A DNA stretch of 63,658 bases, filler included, from Octopus bimaculoides (GCF_001194135.2; 5 parts of 4 records of this genome joined end to end with filler, not necessarily neighbours in it); one strand, 5' to 3'; shown: positions 49,511-62,521, counted from the first letter of the whole stretch. Made by a program: numbers and translations. The notes: generated by a model not told the origin, from the letters alone.

Positions 49511-50224
49511 TTCGCCGCCTTAATAACAACAATAATAATCCTTTCTACTATAGGCACAAGACCTATAGTAGAAATGGCGTTCTGAGTTCAGGAAGTTGGA
49601 ATGTTTCTCGAATAGTTTGATAATTGATAAAATCTTCTAGTTCCATAAAGGAGTCTTTAATGCCTTTAAGCATATATTCCAGAAATTAAAATTTCTTGGT
49701 ATATTTACAAAGTTAATTTTTGCGAAGCGTATTCTGTGCCTTTTTAAATGTATTCTATGAAAACCTGTAACATTACAGGTCTGTGAAGACATGCAACAAG
49801 AGAGATAACAACGGTACTTCTCGTCTTTATCGTTGGTGTTCTTACTCTCATTTTGCTTCTATCTAAAGTCGTAAATTTTCTGAAGGATTTGTAAATTGTG
49901 TTGCTCGGTAGTCAGTGATTTTTTGACTTTATAAGACGCTTACAGCATTAAGTTTCATTAAAGCCCACGTCGTGTAGATCACTAACTTCTATCGATCCCC
50001 GACGACGTTCACATGTGTTGAGGAAAATATTCCTGCGTTTAAAACAGTGTTTGTTCAGTATTCAAACCGTGACCACAATTACTTCTTTTCTGACATATAT
50101 AATACTTGGCATTAGTTTTATCGAGTATGCTTAACCATTTTTAGATGGTGGAATAGTATTTCAAGAAAACTTGGACGCTAAATGCATTTCTCAGTTAAGA
50201 TCTGCAAAAATATTGATGATAAGA

Positions 50225-50385
50225 GTAAGCATGGTTGTGTGGTTAAGACGTCTGCTTCAGTATCACGTGGTTTCGGGTTCTGTTCCACCACGTGACACCT
50301 TGGGCAAATGTCTTCTACCATAGCCCCGGACCGGCCGATGCCTTGTGAGTGAATTTGGTAGACAGAAACTATGTGGAAACCCATC

Positions 50386-50430
<45 letters not shown>

Positions 50431-50610
50431 CGCTTGACAACCGGCGATAGTTTGTTTACGACACGATAACTTAGGGGTTCAGCAAAACAGACCGGTAGTA
50501 TAACAACCATACGTCTTTTAAAAATGTACTGGAGTCGATTCGTTCCACTAAAAGTTCCCCAAGGCGGTGCTCCAACATGGCTGCAGTCTGTGACAAGCAA
50601 ATAAAAGATA
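50225..50610 (+). mobile_element. SINE family C
   Basis: gtgacaccttgggcaaatgtcttctaccatagcc...(TA)n...ggcggtgctccaacatggctgcagtc. Confidence 0.85.
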
Positions 50611-50684
50611 AGGGGTTGGATGTCCTGCTAGCAATATATATGTACAGAGTGCACTCAGTGGCGTCACTCAGTGGCGACTCCGGC

Positions 50685-50960
50685 ACTCGGGCTGTTGGGG
50701 CTTAGCCCGAGTATAAATTTAGTAAAGTGAACATGTATTTGAAAGCTGATTTAATTTCTGCCAACACTGGCTTTAGGTGTGTAATTGCAACCAATAACTC
50801 GGGCTCCTTTTATTGGGCTTGGTTGCAGTCCATTTATTTTCCTTCGGCGTCTGGCGGTCGTCTTAGAGGCGCCCTCTGTCAAAAAATATCGTTCGTAGCA
50901 GACGTTCTCTCGACATCGTTCACACGCGCCTGACTCAGGCTCAGACGTTACAGCCCGAGT
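50685..50960. mobile_element. Putative small TIR-bounded element
   Basis: Perfect 11-bp inverted termini ACTCGGGCTGT / ACAGCCCGAGT; internal copies of the CTCGGGCT motif. Confidence 0.4.
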
Positions 50961-51597
50961 TATTATCTATAATCGTAAAAATTAAAAGTAACTCTAATTC
51001 AACGTTTTCTTGAAATAATAAATTTCTATAAAGATTAAGATTTAAATTCCAATCAATGAAAAGTTTCCGTTCTGCAATATTCTCAAAGGAACGAAAAATT
51101 ATCCAGCAACTCGGGTTAATACGAACGAGCCTGGTAGGTGTAAAAGACTAAATGGCTTCTCGTGTCAAGAGCACAAGCAACAGTTAGACCGGTGACGTTT
51201 GTTGCGCACTCTGTTGTCGTTATTTGATTGCTGGTATTCTGTGCGTCTGTGTGTAAAGATCAGTTGTGTCTTGCTGGGTTGCTTTATTTTTATTCTTAAC
51301 TTAGAAATGGAGAAAAACATAGTGCTAGATATAAAAAAATAAGCCATTTGGGCCAGAAATAAAGTGAGATAACGTGAAATTCTCCGAGTAAGCATGTGTC
51401 TTATGCGAAATCTATGATGAGACCGACTGATGCTGATGACCTGGTATATTATATGCACACACATGGGAAAATTAAGGATAAAGACAGGTTTGTAGTAAGA
51501 TCCCTACGCGCGTTTCACCATTATGGCTGTTTGGAGCGATAGATTTTCCAAGTGTGAATAGATGCTGAACCACAACCGATGCTCAGGATAATAGTGT

Positions 51598-51945
51598 ATG
51601 TCTGTGTATGCGTTTCTTTTTCCCCCTCTATCACTTGACAACCTGTGTTGGTTTGTTTACGCTCCCGTAAATTAACAATTCGGCATAAGACGCCAATAGA
51701 ATAAGTAAGAAACTATAAAAAATGTCAAGTGCTGGGGTTGATTTGTTTGACTAATCACTCCAGCAAAAACACACATAAAGACGTGTGCGCACACACACAC
51801 AAAAATATATATGTATATATATACGACGTGCTTCTTTCAGTTTCCGTCTACCAAATCCATTCACAAGGATTTGGTCATGTCCAAGACTATTGGAAAAGAC
51901 ACCTGCCCAAAATGCCACGCAGTGGAACTGAACCCGGAACCGTTT
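51598..51945. mobile_element. Two SINE C fragments in opposite orientation (tail +, head -)
   Basis: Tail at 51598-51765 on plus; head at 51822-51945 on minus. Confidence 0.7.
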
Positions 51946-51979
51946 AACTGGGATATATATATATATATATATATATAAA

Positions 51980-52462
51980 CTTAGATAAAACTTAGACATG
52001 TTTCGATCAAAGATTGGGCCAGGCCATGTCTCCTGATAGGATTATCTAAATCCTTTTTAAGTCAAGTTTTGTGGTATCATGACCCATTCGAGTAGGGAGT
52101 TCTTGTTGATGAGTTGTAGCCAGATATAGGTGGCTTATCTGGTATTCCTTGAAGAAATATGTCCAGATTCCGTTTAAAGGTGATGGGATCCTTTTCCTCT
52201 TTGATCTATCTTGGAACAATGTTAGATAGGGCAGGGCCTGTTGAGGAAAAGATATTGTGTTGCAGTGTATTTATGTGTTGTGATCTTGAATTGGGTAGGT
52301 GACGTATGGCCCGTGGTCCTAGCCTTGGATGAATTTTGAAGCTAATGCTGAGGTCGTTTGAGGTCATGCTGGCGGTATATTCTCCACATCGTGCAAATGA
52401 TGTATCGCTCGCGGCGGCGCTGGAGAAAGTAGAGTTTCAATGCTTTAAGATGGTCCCAATAA
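51980..52462 (-). mobile_element. CR1/Jockey-group LINE ORF2 C-terminal fragment and 3' end
   Basis: YWDHLKALKLYFLQRRRERYIICTMWRI, ISFKIHPRLGPRA, FSSTGPALSNIVP..IKEEKDPITFKRNLDIFLQGIPDKPPISGY. Confidence 0.85.
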
Positions 52463-53373
52463 TCGATATATATATATACATATATANNNNNNNNNNNNNN
52501 NNNNNNNNNNNNNNNNNNNNNNNNNNNNNNTTAATTAATTAANNNNNNNNNNNNNNNNNNNNNNNNNNNNNNNNNNNNNNNNNNNNATATCCATATATAT
52601 ATATATATATATATATATTCATATCTTATATAGATCTCTTCCTTTTCTCTCTGTAAGTATATACATACATACACTCATATAATCTATCTATATATTCGCC
52701 TTTTACGTTCTTGTGTAACCGCGTGCGCATGCTTAAAGTATCGTTTATCTCACTAACTTCTCTTTGTCTTTATGCATCAGCCCCTCTGTCTGTATGTCTA
52801 ACTGTCTCCTTTGACCTTTTTCTACTCTTTCCCTTATATTTCATTATTTAACAATTGCCCCTTTCCCATTTTGTGCTTGTATGCTCTCTTCCCGCTTTCT
52901 TTCTCACATTTTATCTTTCTCTCTTTCACAGGCATCTCACACACACACACAGTACACTTTTATTCTCGGCTGTTATCATCCATCTGTCTCTTCCTCTGTC
53001 TCTCTGTCAGTTTCTTTTCCACCCCACTCTTCCTCTCTGTCTTCTCTCTTCCTCTCTGTCTTCTCTCTTTCTCTCTCTCTCTCTTTGTTTCGTGTCTCCT
53101 TCCTCCTTTTTTGTCTCCTTCCTGAACTACCTAACTCTTCCTTCTACCGCATGCATAGACTAGGACTGATGCGACAACGTCTGTATGACACCCCCCACCG
53201 CCTCTTTATATGCATCATCCCTCTGGTTGCCATCTATATTTCACTTCCCGCGCTCATTTCGCTGTTTCACAATCTCCATCAGCCAGCATTCACCTGTCCA
53301 TACTGACGCTACCGCCTTCTCAAAAACTCTTTGAGCTTTTGTTTTTCAACTCCAACAACAGCAAGCCTACTAT

Positions 53374-53440
<67 letters not shown>

Positions 53441-53486
53441 ACCATTATCGTCACTACTACTAACTACAATTACTACCATCTTAATA

Positions 53487-53720
53487 TTTCCTTATTTCTT
53501 TATTGCCCATAAGGGGGCTAAACATAGAGGGGACAAACAAGGACAGACAAAGGATTAAGTCGATTACATCGACCCCAGTGCGTAACTGGTACTTAATTTA
53601 TCGACTCCGAAAGGATGAAAGGCAAAGTCGACGTCGGCGGAATTTGAACTCAGGACGTAACGGCAGACGAAATACCGCTAAGCATTTCGCCCGGCGTGCT
53701 AACGTTTCTGCCAGCTCGCC
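53487..53720 (-). mobile_element. SINE B1, near-consensus
   Basis: Almost identical to 8921-9153; flanked by (CTA)n arrays. Confidence 0.92.
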
Positions 53721-53746
53721 ATCTTAATAATTCCACCATCACCACC

Positions 53747-53795
<49 letters not shown>

Positions 53796-55439
53796 TTACT
53801 ACTACTACTAATAATAATAATAATACTAATACTATCATCTGTACCACGACCAGCACCATCCCCATGTCTACTACAACCACAACTAATAATCCCATTACTA
53901 CTACTACAGCATCGTCCATCAAAATCGATATCAGTGTCGCAACCATGTTCGTCTGACCTCCTAGAAATAGTAGCCTAATCTCACTGAAAGCACTGCTCAA
54001 CCTTCTTTAAAATAAAGATTAATATATATGCATTAAACTATGACAACAAAACGTGATAGCCATAACTTGAATTTCATCAGCCTTAAGTCAAATAATTCAG
54101 TAGTATTCTGGGACTGACGCTAGAAGATTGGTTTTCTACTTTTTGTACTTTAGAGAATGGCAAGTTTGCAAACACCTCTCTTCATATTTTGCAAATGATA
54201 ATGGGAGTGAAGCAGATTATTTTAATCTAATAGAATTTTGCGCAGCGGTATATTATCCACAATAAAAGAACATGTGGATAGTTCTTTTATTGTAGAAAAA
54301 ATCACACAACGAGAACGCAAATACAAATGGAAGAAATAAACTGTTCTTTTCATTAGCTATCCAATCTATAGTATATGCAGTTTCGGTGCTAAGGATAGCA
54401 CTGCTTAACCTTAGTTTAGTGTATGGGAGAAAGTTGTGTAATTGTCGGTTGAGTTCGTAGATGAAAAATGCGATAGATTAGCAATAGGCGAAGGACAGTA
54501 GAAAAGAGAAGGATACGGGGACTGGTAAATATCACAGTCCAAAGCGTGGAACTGAGAATGAAAGGAAAGGATGGTGGTGCGGAAGTGTAAATATGAAGAC
54601 TGGACAAAAATGAACTCTGTCGAGGTGGGTAGAGTAGTTGAAGGAGTTGGAGTGACAACAGAAACTGTGTAGGATGGAGTTGTGGTTAAAGCAGCGACCA
54701 AAACAACAACAACAATAATAATGATAATAATAAATGATGATGATGATGATTTCATTTATTTGCCAAAAGGGTGCAGGATAAGGGGGACAATGCAGAGGCA
54801 GACATTAAGTTTGGAGGTTTACATAAAATGAAAAAAAAAAAGCAAGTATACACGGTATACACTAAAAAAGAAGGGACATACGCATGGCATACAAAAATAT
54901 TTTAAAATATTAATAATAATATTGCTAAAATAGCGGAACTTAGTGTATTTGAAAGTTGCAAGGACGTGTGGTACCAAGCAGGAATCAAAGACTTCGAGAA
55001 ATCGTTCGATGCGAAAATTCAATTCGTGGAGGCTTACTGTAACGTGATAAGACGTTGGTAAACGTTTAGCGCTGTACAATAAGGAGAACCTGTGGCAATA
55101 CAGTTACATTGTTTCGATTTTGTAATATAATATTCCAAAATTTTCGAGTGACATCAGTACAAGAACACGTACGGAGTATATATTTATACCATGTGAGAGA
55201 AAGGGAGGAAAGTTAAACGCTTCGGGAAGTCGTTCTTCGTCAAAAGTAGTAAAATAATAAAACGAAAGGACGAAATAAGCTTAACTACAAAGTAGTCAAA
55301 GTAAGAAAAGTACGGTGAATGCCGAGTAGAAGTAGAAGCCTGTTGATTGAATGTATTTGGCAGTTAAAAGTTTAAAAGTGGAAGGAAGTGAGAGAGAGCA
55401 GGTTACGCATATAGATTGTGCATATTATGTTGTGTATGT

Positions 55440-55451
55440 GTGTGTATGTAG

Positions 55452-55501
<50 letters not shown>

Positions 55502-55715
55502 TATATGAGTATATGCATATATATGTACATGTATGTACATAGCTCCATCTACATGTATATATAGATACATATCTGGGTACATGACGTTGCAAAAAAACAT
55601 GGACAAAATGATAAACAAGGTACAAAAAAACACACAGGCCACATAGAGAACATATCCTTCATCAGCTGCCACCATTATAACACTGGCGTTTCGAAGAGTT
55701 AGGGCAAGACGCATA
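55440..55715 (-). mobile_element. Family G repeat flanked by TA repeats
   Basis: Minus strand cgaaacgccag...ggcagctgatgaaggatatg...tgtagatggagctatgtacata. Confidence 0.7.
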
Positions 55716-55724
55716 TATATATAT

Positions 55725-56115
55725 TCTTTTATTCGTTTTAGTCATTTGACTGCAGCCATACTGGAGAACCGCCTTGAAGTTTTTTGTCGGACAAATCAAT
55801 CCCACGACTTATTTTCAAGCCTAGTATTTATTCTATCGATATCTTTGCCGAATAGCTAAGTTACGGGAAGGTAAACACACCAACACCAGTTGTCACGTGA
55901 TGATGGGGGACAAACACACACGAAAACACAGGCACATAGATACAGACAGACACACATATATAACGGGTTTTTTCAGTTTCCGCCTACCAAATCCACTCAT
56001 AAGGCTTTGGTCGGGCCAAGGCTATAGTAGAAGTCACTTGCCCAATGTGCCACGCACTGGGGTTGAACCCGGAACCATGCGGTTAGGAAGCAAGCTTCTT
56101 ACACAGCTTCGCCTG
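55725..56115 (-). mobile_element. SINE family C
   Basis: Head and tail align to family C. Confidence 0.8.
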
Positions 56116-56454
56116 CATGTTTACAGTCAGGGTTGCTAGAGAAGGACAATGTTTTCTTTAATTGCAGCTAGTTCGGTTGTATATAGTTAGAAAAATCAAT
56201 TGTTGTTCACGATGCAAGCAGGAAACAGCGGATCTTCGGTGTAAATCAACTCCCGAGATAGCGAGATGTACGTAGATATGTTCGGGGGGATAAAGTGAAC
56301 GGGTGCTAGTCGGAGTCATCTGGTGTTTGTTTCATTGGAAATCTAAAAGCTGTATACAAATCGCCGGGAAACACTTGGTGTATCCAAGATACAACATAGC
56401 TTTCTTTGCAGTGAATAATACACGTGCTAGTACTAGTTAACCGAACGATGCCAC

Positions 56455-56871
56455 CAGGGCCGGATTAAGAGCCACAGAGGCCCTAAGCAATCGAAAGATT
56501 TTGGTACCCCCATATATATGTAATTCAAAAGATTAACGTAATGAACCACGAAATAAATTTTTATTGTTCAAAATGAAACAAAAGTAATAGTAAGATGGAA
56601 AATAATGTTTATTTTGGTATACTTCCGCTTTAAATATATTTGAACAGTTTTCTTTAATTTTTTAATTGCAAAGTCTTTGATTAGATCCTCACTATAACAC
56701 TACGAACACTCCGAAATTATATTTCTGGTCATATGAACCACTTCGGATATCATTTTAGCAAATATAAAGTGATTTCTTTTGTACCATAAACCATTTACCG
56801 TTTCTGTAGTGTCTCCTTTCCTTGGTGCCCTAAGCACGTGCTTATTTTACATTATGGTTAATCCAGCGCTG
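56455..56871 (-). mobile_element. hAT-type non-autonomous element
   Basis: TIRs CAGGGCCGGATTAA / TTAATCCAGCGCTG; 8-bp flanks GATGCCAC / GGTGCCAT (6 of 8 match); minus strand YSEDLIKDFAIKKLKK resembles the hAT transposase C-terminus. Confidence 0.8.
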
Positions 56872-57519
56872 GGTGCCATGAATATATAATTTAGATCCAT
56901 GTAGCATGGTTATGTAGGGAATGTAGCAAAGGACTTTGACTGCATGTGACAAAGCCGTGAAGAAAGTATTGGCTAGATTGTATTATATATTGCGCTAAAG
57001 AAAAATAAAAACTTTTCAGGAAAAACATCGGAAGGTCTTCTGTCTGAAACACTGATTTTTTCTCTCTCACTATTTGATTCCTTTCAGTGTAATTAAATCT
57101 TTTGTATTCATGTTACTTTTGCTGTTTCCCTCGAGGCTTTTTGCATGTCTTATGTATATATATATATATTTGTATGTTATATTGTGTATGTGTATCGCGT
57201 GTTCATATCATGTGTTTGTGTATGTGTGTGTAGTACTTGTGTTTATATGTGTGCCCATGCGGGTATATATTTTACTTAATGAATAGGTATGCGTGTATTT
57301 GTGCGTATGTATGTATGTGTGTGTGTCTGAGTGGAAGTGTATGTCTCTAGGAGCCTGCGTATGTATCTATGCGCGTGTATGTGTGCGCGCGTGCGATGCG
57401 GGTGTGTCCCAGTATGTGTATAGTAATGAACGTGAGCGTATGTGTGTCAGTGTGCATGCGGATGTCTCGGGGTGCGTATGTCAATGAGCATGTCTCTGTG
57501 CATGTGTGTGTGTGTACGT

Positions 57520-57550
<31 letters not shown>

Positions 57551-57957
57551 CGGTATAATATACGTGTATCTACGTGTGTATGCGTGAGTAAAGGAGCGCG
57601 CATATGGCAGCTTAGATGAACGTGTCAAACGTTTTTATGTCAGCGTAACATTTTCAGAACCGAACAATATTTCCATTCCACAATCTACCCAAACATCATT
57701 CTAAGGTACTACTGATACAGAACTACGTTATCTCTGGCCCCCTGTCTGTCTGTCTGTCTGTCTGTTTGTTTGTTTGTCTGTCTGTTGGTCTGTCGCTTTC
57801 TCTGTCTCTTTCCCCATCTCTTTTTCCCACTCTCTCCTTCTCTTTTCTTCCCCTCTCTCTAAGGAATTATGGATCTAATAATACTCTGTGAATTACATAG
57901 TGTATTTCTTGCTTTCCTCTGTAAATATACATGCACAAACGCGCACACAGACACACT

Positions 57958-58009
<52 letters not shown>

Positions 58010-58167
58010 NNNNNNNNNNNNNNNNNNNNCACACTCACACACACGCACACACGGTCCCATTTAAATATAGGTAGGTAGACACATTAGACAGGCAGGCAGC
58101 TACATGTATTTATAATATATATACATACATTTATAGGTACATATCTCTCTCTGTCTCTCTGTCGATA

Positions 58168-58208
<41 letters not shown>

Positions 58209-58361
58209 GCATGTGTGTGTGCATGTGCTTTCGCATGTGTATATGTGTGTGTGTATCGATCAGGTGTCCGTAAGTCAGGACTCTAAAAGAAATTTTGAAC
58301 TGCTATATTTAATGTAGTCGAGTGATATCTCCGTGGTTATGCCATATAACTGGTCAGAAAA

Positions 58362-58545
58362 TTACCATTGGTTACATGTCTGCTGTTGCATTTGACAATG
58401 TAGGTCACTCATCAGACGTGTCGGCCTGAAGCACTTAGCGTCTGTATCATTACCGCCATTAGTAAAGAGGTTTACGTGCTTGCCGACCAGCGGCTCTGAT
58501 GAGTCGCCTACATTGCCTTGTGCAATAGTCGAGGCGAAACCAACT
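58362..58545. repeat. Degenerate inverted pair of hammerhead-like motifs
   Basis: Plus CTGATGAGTCGCCTACATTGCCTTGTGCAATAGTCGAGGCGAAACCAACTGGATA (from 58496) and minus CTGATGAGTGACCTACATTGTCAAATGCAACAGCAGACATGTAACCAATGGTA (58415 downward) are homologous and diverge back to back. Confidence 0.55.
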
Positions 58546-58566
58546 GGATACACTACTCGTCTACAT

Positions 58567-58606
<40 letters not shown>

Positions 58607-58849
58607 GCTTAGAAGCCGCACTCCGCGTGGACTTTTAGGCTAGCTCCTGCGGACGACTAATTGGGCCTCGTTAGTGTTTGATCAGGGGTTAAGGACAGAT
58701 GAGAATCAATTCTGTGATGCAGTCATTCTATTGTCACAATTCCAAGCTGAATTCCAACTGTTGGTCAATTTGTCACAAAGTACTTGTCTCGACGTAAAAT
58801 TAAGGAAGCGAGTGTTATTTATCTCCCCCTTCATCTCTGATGTCACCTG

Positions 58850-59430
58850 ACAAACGCCAAGCAAGATAACGTGAATCAGCCAAGCTAGAAATAGCAACCC
58901 ACATGTTTTAGATCTCAATGCTGGAAGTTTAAGAACTAAATGAAGAGCAGATTTTCAATCTCGGGATCATCTTGATTCCAAAAGGGTAATAGTATGCCTA
59001 TGTAGACCGAGATACTGGGTCCCAGACGAAACAGAGAATTTCACTTTTATCAGTTTAGATGATGGCTGTCCACTCGTGACCGAGGAAGTGAACTGTAAGA
59101 GCATTGAGCACTTAGACAAAATTATACGTTAGCCTTGCGATTCTGCTGGTAACTAATGACCACGTGTATACCAATATACACGATCAGGTGACCATTCGTT
59201 CTCTCAAGAAAGTCTTCCCAGCACACTTTGTATGCTAATGTAACATCACTAAGACAAGTGAATACACTTAAGTATTTCAGGACTATATTCACGAGTGATG
59301 GGAAGTAGGACGCTGAATTGGATGGCAGAATCTTCAATTCAGTTTTCGCGTCTATCCTCAGTTATGGTCATGAATGTTGAGTTATGATTGAAAGAGTACG
59401 ATCGCAGACACAATTAGCTGAAAGGTAATT
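58850..59430 (+). pseudogene. Degenerate RTE-clade LINE relic
   Basis: KY..TIFTSDGK*DAELDGRI and FNSVFASILSYGHEC*VMIERVRSQ resemble the RTE region after the RT core (YLG..TSDG; YG.E.W). Confidence 0.65.
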
Positions 59431-61053
59431 GATCATTAATATAAAAACAACAGTGTGAGCAAGGGTACAAACGTCCGGACATATTTCTTAATATGCATTA
59501 ACGTGCTTTTATACAAACATATTCTACGCGTAAGAAACCAGTAACAAACCCGTGCAAAGGTGTATATGTTTCAATTGTGTGTGTGTGTGTGTCCGTCTGT
59601 TTTTCTATCTTTCTCTCTGTAAATCCGTCTATTCTACGAAGAATCATTGATATCTGTTTCATGTTGTAGCCCGAAATACTTTATAAATGCAGTTTACCTA
59701 AATTAAATTTTATATATATATATATATNNNNNNNNNNNNNNNNNNNNNNNNNNNNNNNNNNNNNNNNNNNNTTAATTAATTAANNNNNNNNNNNNNNNNN
59801 NNNNNNNNNNNNNNNNNNNNNNNNNNNTATTCGTATACACACATACACCGTTCATATGTGTTCTGAAATTTTAAATTTTAAATTTCGGTGATGTCTTTAC
59901 AAATGACTTCCTTTGACTACAAATGAGTCAGTGCCATACATGCCAACATCACTCCATCCACATCCTGAAGATGGGGCAGAGAAAATCTAGATGCTGTATT
60001 GAAGCTGTATTTAGGTATTTTCTTGCTCAAATGAATCACTAAAGATACACGCAAAAATGTAAACAAAAAAGAAATGAAAATAAAAACCCAAACAAGCGAT
60101 CAAANNNNNNNNNNNNNNNNNNNNNNNNNNNNNNNNNNNNNNNNNNNNNNNNNNNNNNNNNNNNNNNNNNNNNNNNNNNNNNNNNNNNNNNNNNNNNNNN
60201 NNNNNNNNNNNNNNNNNNNNNNNNNNNNNNNNNNNNNNNNNNNNNNNNNNNNNNNNNNNNNNNNNNNNNNNNNNNNNNNNNNNNNNNNNNNNNNNNNNNN
60301 NNNNNNNNNNNNNNNNNNNNNNNNNNNNNNNNNNNNNNNNNNNNNNNNNNNNNNNNNNNNNNNNNNNNNNNNNNNNNNNNNNNNNNNNNNNNNNNNNNNN
60401 NNNNNNNNNNNNNNNNNNNNNNNNNNNNNNNNNNNNNNNNNNNNNNNNNNNNNNNNNNNNNNNNNNNNNNNNNNNNNNNNNNNNNNNNNNNNNNNNNNNN
60501 NNNNNNNNNNNNNNNNNNNNNNNNNNNNNNNNNNNNNNNNNNNNNNNNNNNNNNNNNNNNNNNNNNNNNNNNNNNNNNNNNNNNNNNNNNNNNNNNNNNN
60601 NNNNNNNNNNNNNNNNNNNNNNNNNNNNNNNNNNNNNNNNNNNNNNNNNNNNNNNNNNNNNNNNNNNNNNNNNNNNNNNNNNNNNNNNNNNNNNNNNNNN
60701 NNNNNNNNNNNNNNNNNNNNNNNNNNNNNNNNNNNNNNNNNNNNNNNNNNNNNNNNNNNNNNNNNNNNNNNNNNNNNNNNNNNNNNNNNNNNNNNNNNNN
60801 NNNNNNNNNNNNNNNNNNNNNNNNNNNNNNNNNNNNNNNNNNNNNNNNNNNNNNNNNNNNNNNNNNNNNNNNNNNNNNNNNNNNNNNNNNNNNNNNNNNN
60901 NNNNNNNNNNNNNNNNNNNNNNNNNNNNNNNNNNNNNNGATAGATAAAGAGATAGATAAATAGATAGATTGATAGATTGATAAATAGATAAATAGACAGA
61001 TAGATGGATAGATAGAGGGATAGATAGATTAATAGATAGACTGACAAACAGGG

Positions 61054-61084
<31 letters not shown>

Positions 61085-61646
61085 CTGACAAGACAGACAG
61101 AGAGATAGACTGTGAAGGAGAGACAGATACATATATACGTCTAGTTGTGTGCAAGATATTTTGCACAAATGACACGCAGTTGTGCAGTAGAATGATTTAG
61201 CAACGAAGTGTCTGGGAAAAGGAGTCACACAAGATGATTGCAGCCTGGAGTGGGATGGCGGCGGAATTCAGCGGACAGGGTGGTAGGCGGAGGTAGGTGG
61301 TAGTGAATGTTGTTGGATGGCGGCGGTTGGTGATGAGTAGCGGAAGAGAAATTTTGGACATTGTTGAAAGATGTTGGCGGTCGATAGTGGAAAGGCATGC
61401 CATACGCATTCCCTAACATATTCTGAAGTTTAATACACGTAAACCGTGGAGTAATGAAGCATGAGGCCGTATTTGAACCGTTGCAACAAGTATGAAGCCA
61501 TATAGCACAGTAAATTAAGCAGGCAATGTAGACTACACAGGTTCTCGCTGAGATTAGGTCAGGCGTGTCAAAATCATAAACATGACAACCATTGCAAACA
61601 CACACACACAAACACAGATACACATGTGTGCACACACACACATATA

Positions 61647-61680
<34 letters not shown>

Positions 61681-61975
61681 CATACATACACACACGCACG
61701 CATTATATATACATATACATACATACATACATACATACACACACGCACTATATATATATATATATATATACATACATACACACACGCACTATATATATAT
61801 ATACATACATACATACACACACGCACTATATATATATATATTCATACATACACACACGCACTATATATATATATANNNNNNNNNNNNNNNNNNNNNNNNN
61901 NNNNNNNNNNNNNNNNNNNTTAATTAATTAANNNNNNNNNNNNNNNNNNNNNNNNNNNNNNNNNNNNNNNNNNNN

Positions 61976-62370
61976 CCCTCACCTTACTGGCCGCATCTCT
62001 GTACATAGCTCGCACAGCTCTCACTAGCCATTCTTCTATCCCAAGTTTCCTCATTGACCACCAGATAAGGGATCGGGGGACCCTGTCAAAGGCTTTCTCC
62101 ATGTCAACGAAAGCCAGGTACAGAGGTTTATCCTTGGCTAGGTATTTCTCTTGCAACTGTCTCACTAGAAATAAGGCATCAGTAGTGCTTTTACCTGGCA
62201 CGAACCCAAACTGCATCTCATCTAAATTGATTCGCTCCCTAATTAGTTGGGCTATGACCCTCTCTGTAACTTTCATAACCTGATCTAACAGCTTGATGCC
62301 TCTGTAATTATTTGTATCTAAAGCGTCCCCTTTACCTTTGTAGCAGTTGACTATGATGCTGCTATTCCAA
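61976..62370 (-). mobile_element. RTE-clade LINE reverse transcriptase fragment, uninterrupted frame
   Basis: WNSSIIVNCYKGKGDALDTNNYRGIKLLDQVMKVTERVIAQLIRERINLDEMQFGFVPGKSTTDALFLVRQLQEKYLAKDKPLYLAFVDMEKAFDRVPR...; cut by a gap. Confidence 0.95.
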
Positions 62371-62521
62371 AGTTTTTTTTACAAAAATTGTACATAGAAG
62401 AAAAAATATATTTTTGTTATTTGTTTTCACTCTGATCTTGGAATATTGATGATATCCAAACAGAATTAAACATAATTCATTTCAACCAGTTGAAAATTTA
62501 TTTTAGCTGAGAAATTGATAG

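Noticed and set aside
59964-59990. CTGAAGA...GAAA; also CTGATGA-AGCAATTGCT at 63602
   Set aside because: The first lacks helix II pairing and the second lacks GAAA; compatible with chance.
73-61931. Numerous ORFs rich in poly-I/L/N/Y, YVCM, HTHT, CVCV or YIYI, and long X-run ORFs
   Set aside because: Translations of microsatellites and N gaps; no coding evidence.
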